Below, piece by piece: positions 62,432 to 64,000 of a stretch of 64,000 nt of DNA (its first letter is position 1; each line of letters begins with the position of its first letter). The stretch is from the IMG/VR virus record IMGVR_UViG_3300044646_003076; one strand, 5' to 3'. This DNA is from a virus. The notes beneath the pieces were generated by a model. The model was not told where the DNA came from, did not search any database, and saw only the letters and a list, made by a program, of their open reading frames with translations. A program made the translations under genes and the position numbers.

Positions 62432-63082
62432 ATGAAACTTATTAGAGAAGAAGCTGAATCCGTAAAAATTCTCACAGAAGAAAAGAACGGTAGAAAGACT
62501 CTCTATATTGAGGGTAATTTTATGATGGGTGATAAACCCAATAGAAATAACCGAATCTATCCGATGAATACTTTGAGAAATGCGGTTAGAACTTATAATG
62601 AAAACTTCGTTAAGCAAAATCGCTCTGTTGGTGAACTCAATCATAACAGTACACCCTCTATTGATCTTACTAAAGTTTCCCATATGATTACCAAGCTTGA
62701 AGAGCGAGGTAATTATTTTTATGGTAAAGCAAAAATTCTTAATACTCCAATGGGAACAATCGCCCAATCTCTTATTGATGAAGGAGTTGTTCTCGGTGTG
62801 AGTAGTAGAGCATTAGGTTCCGTTCGGCCCAATAATGAAGGATTCAATGTTGTCGGTGATGATCTTCTGATTTCAACCGTAGACATCGTTGCTGATCCCA
62901 GTGTCGGCTCTGCCGCTTTTGTTAATGGAATCTATGAAGGTAAAGAATGGCTCTATGATACAAAATCAAAAGAGTATGTAGCCTACAATATTAAAAATCA
63001 GATTGAAAAAGATGTTATCGCTCGTAGACTCACTGAAGAAAGAATGCTTCTTCATTTTGAAAATTATCTGAATCTTATCTGA
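62432..63082 (+). CDS. gp21: prohead protease gp21
   Basis: YIEG.F......NRN.RIYP, GELNH, GVSSRALGS and DIVADPS motifs. Confidence 0.96.
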   Translation: MKLIREEAESVKILTEEKNGRKTLYIEGNFMMGDKPNRNNRIYPMNTLRNAVRTYNENFVKQNRSVGELNHNSTPSIDLTKVSHMITKLEERGNYFYGKAKILNTPMGTIAQSLIDEGVVLGVSSRALGSVRPNNEGFNVVGDDLLISTVDIVADPSVGSAAFVNGIYEGKEWLYDTKSKEYVAYNIKNQIEKDVIARRLTEERMLLHFENYLNLI

Positions 63083-63142
63083 TAAAATATCAAGTTTTCT
63101 AAATAAATACAGAATCATTAAAACAGGTTATTGGAGAAAAAG

Positions 63143-64000
63143 ATGCCTCGTACTAAAAGAACTCTTAATGAAATGGACGCTAAAAATCCCCATTCAGTGA
63201 CAGCCGTGAATCGTAATGCCAAACCTGGCGAACCGATGAAGAAGCTCACCACTGGTATTCCTGATGGCCAAAGTGGTAATTGGGAAGATCTTGGTGGCCC
63301 AACTCCAGAAAATTCAAAGCCTGATGACGATTCAAATAAACTTGCCGATGCTGGTGCTCGTCTAAAGCGTGTATCCGATGCTGTTACTCGTAATGCTAAA
63401 CCAGCAGAGCCAATGCAAAAGATGCGCGAAGAATACGACGAAGAGGATGAAGATTTAGAATATGAAGAAGATGAAGATCTAGAAGATGAGGATGAAGATC
63501 TTCAGGAAGAGAAAGAAGAAGATGAAGATGAAGAGGACGAAAAGCCTTCTAAGAAGTCCAGAAAGTCCGAGAAAGAAGAAGAGGACGAAGATGAAGAAGA
63601 AGATTCTATGAAAGAATCTGCTGAAGAGGAATTCAATCTTGACGAAGATGTTGAGGCTATCGTGGCCGGTGAAGGTCTTTCTGAAGAATTCAAAGAAAAG
63701 ACTCGCGTGATTTATGAGGCTGCGGTTCGCTCTAAAGTCGGCGAAATCCGCGATCGTCTTGAAGAGCAATATCAAGCCGCTCTCGTTGAAGAAGTTCAAG
63801 AGATCGCTGTTGAACTTCAAGAGCGTGTTGATGCTTATCTAGAGTATGTTGCTGACGAGTGGATGACCGATAATCAACTCGCCATTGAATATGGTATTAA
63901 GGAACAGATCGCTGAATCTTTCCTTAGTAATCTGTTTAAACTTTTTGAAGATCATAATGTAAATCTCCCTGAGGAGAAGTATGATGTAGTAGAGAATATG
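63143..64000 (+). CDS. gp22: prohead core scaffold gp22, 3'-truncated by window edge (not in track)
   Basis: ATG 63143 with GGAG upstream; acidic tract; LSEEFKEK...IYEAAV and VDAYLEYVADEWM motifs. Confidence 0.92.
   Translation, partial: MPRTKRTLNEMDAKNPHSVTAVNRNAKPGEPMKKLTTGIPDGQSGNWEDLGGPTPENSKPDDDSNKLADAGARLKRVSDAVTRNAKPAEPMQKMREEYDEEDEDLEYEEDEDLEDEDEDLQEEKEEDEDEEDEKPSKKSRKSEKEEEDEDEEEDSMKESAEEEFNLDEDVEAIVAGEGLSEEFKEKTRVIYEAAVRSKVGEIRDRLEEQYQAALVEEVQEIAVELQERVDAYLEYVADEWMTDNQLAIEYGIKEQIAESFLSNLFKLFEDHNVNLPEEKYDVVENM

Noticed and set aside
63479-63820. Ser- and Phe-rich minus-strand ORFs
   Set aside because: They are antisense shadows of the acidic GAA/GAT tract of gp22.
1-64000. tRNA or rRNA genes, including a tRNA-Tyr partner for tyrS
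   Set aside because: No cloverleaf with T-loop GTTC and D-loop signatures was recognised by eye. tRNAscan-SE or ARAGORN would be needed to exclude them formally.

Overview
This is a 64-kb segment of a low-GC T4-like cyanomyophage genome (Kyanoviridae-like gene order). It has three parts. (1) ~1-17.4 kb is an early accessory region of short promoter-gene-terminator cassettes joined by repeated regulatory elements. It holds a doubly frameshifted cyanobacterial-type tyrS, a degenerate NUMOD4-HNH, a cyclic-phosphate-processing receiver-like protein, small membrane proteins and several chimeric or duplicated genes. Two promoter classes recur. Class 1 is a GTGnCAsTT-N4/5-AAsTGnCAC dyad placed 29-30 bp upstream of a -10 box (12 copies). 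Class 2 is a dyad-symmetric back-to-back pair of sigma70 promoters (7 copies). The leftward arms of class 2, plus one class-1 copy, are predicted to start AU-rich non-coding RNAs beginning ACGG that overlap the upstream cassette's terminator. (2) ~17.4-23.1 kb has a skewed repeat-rich non-coding block, an RHH protein, conserved cyanophage hypotheticals and a late minus-strand operon. Several proteins of that operon carry T4-type capsid-targeting N-termini fused to GNAT, ADP-ribosyltransferase-like and HEXXH domains. (3) 23.1-64 kb is the virion morphogenesis module: gp25, gp6, gp7, gp8, VrlC-like, an NblA-like small ORF, gp13-gp16, gp17 with a LAGLIDADG intein ending in Gln, gp18, gp19, gp20 with a mini-intein, gp21 and partial gp22. 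All assignments were made by eye from motifs and synteny; no database searches were run.
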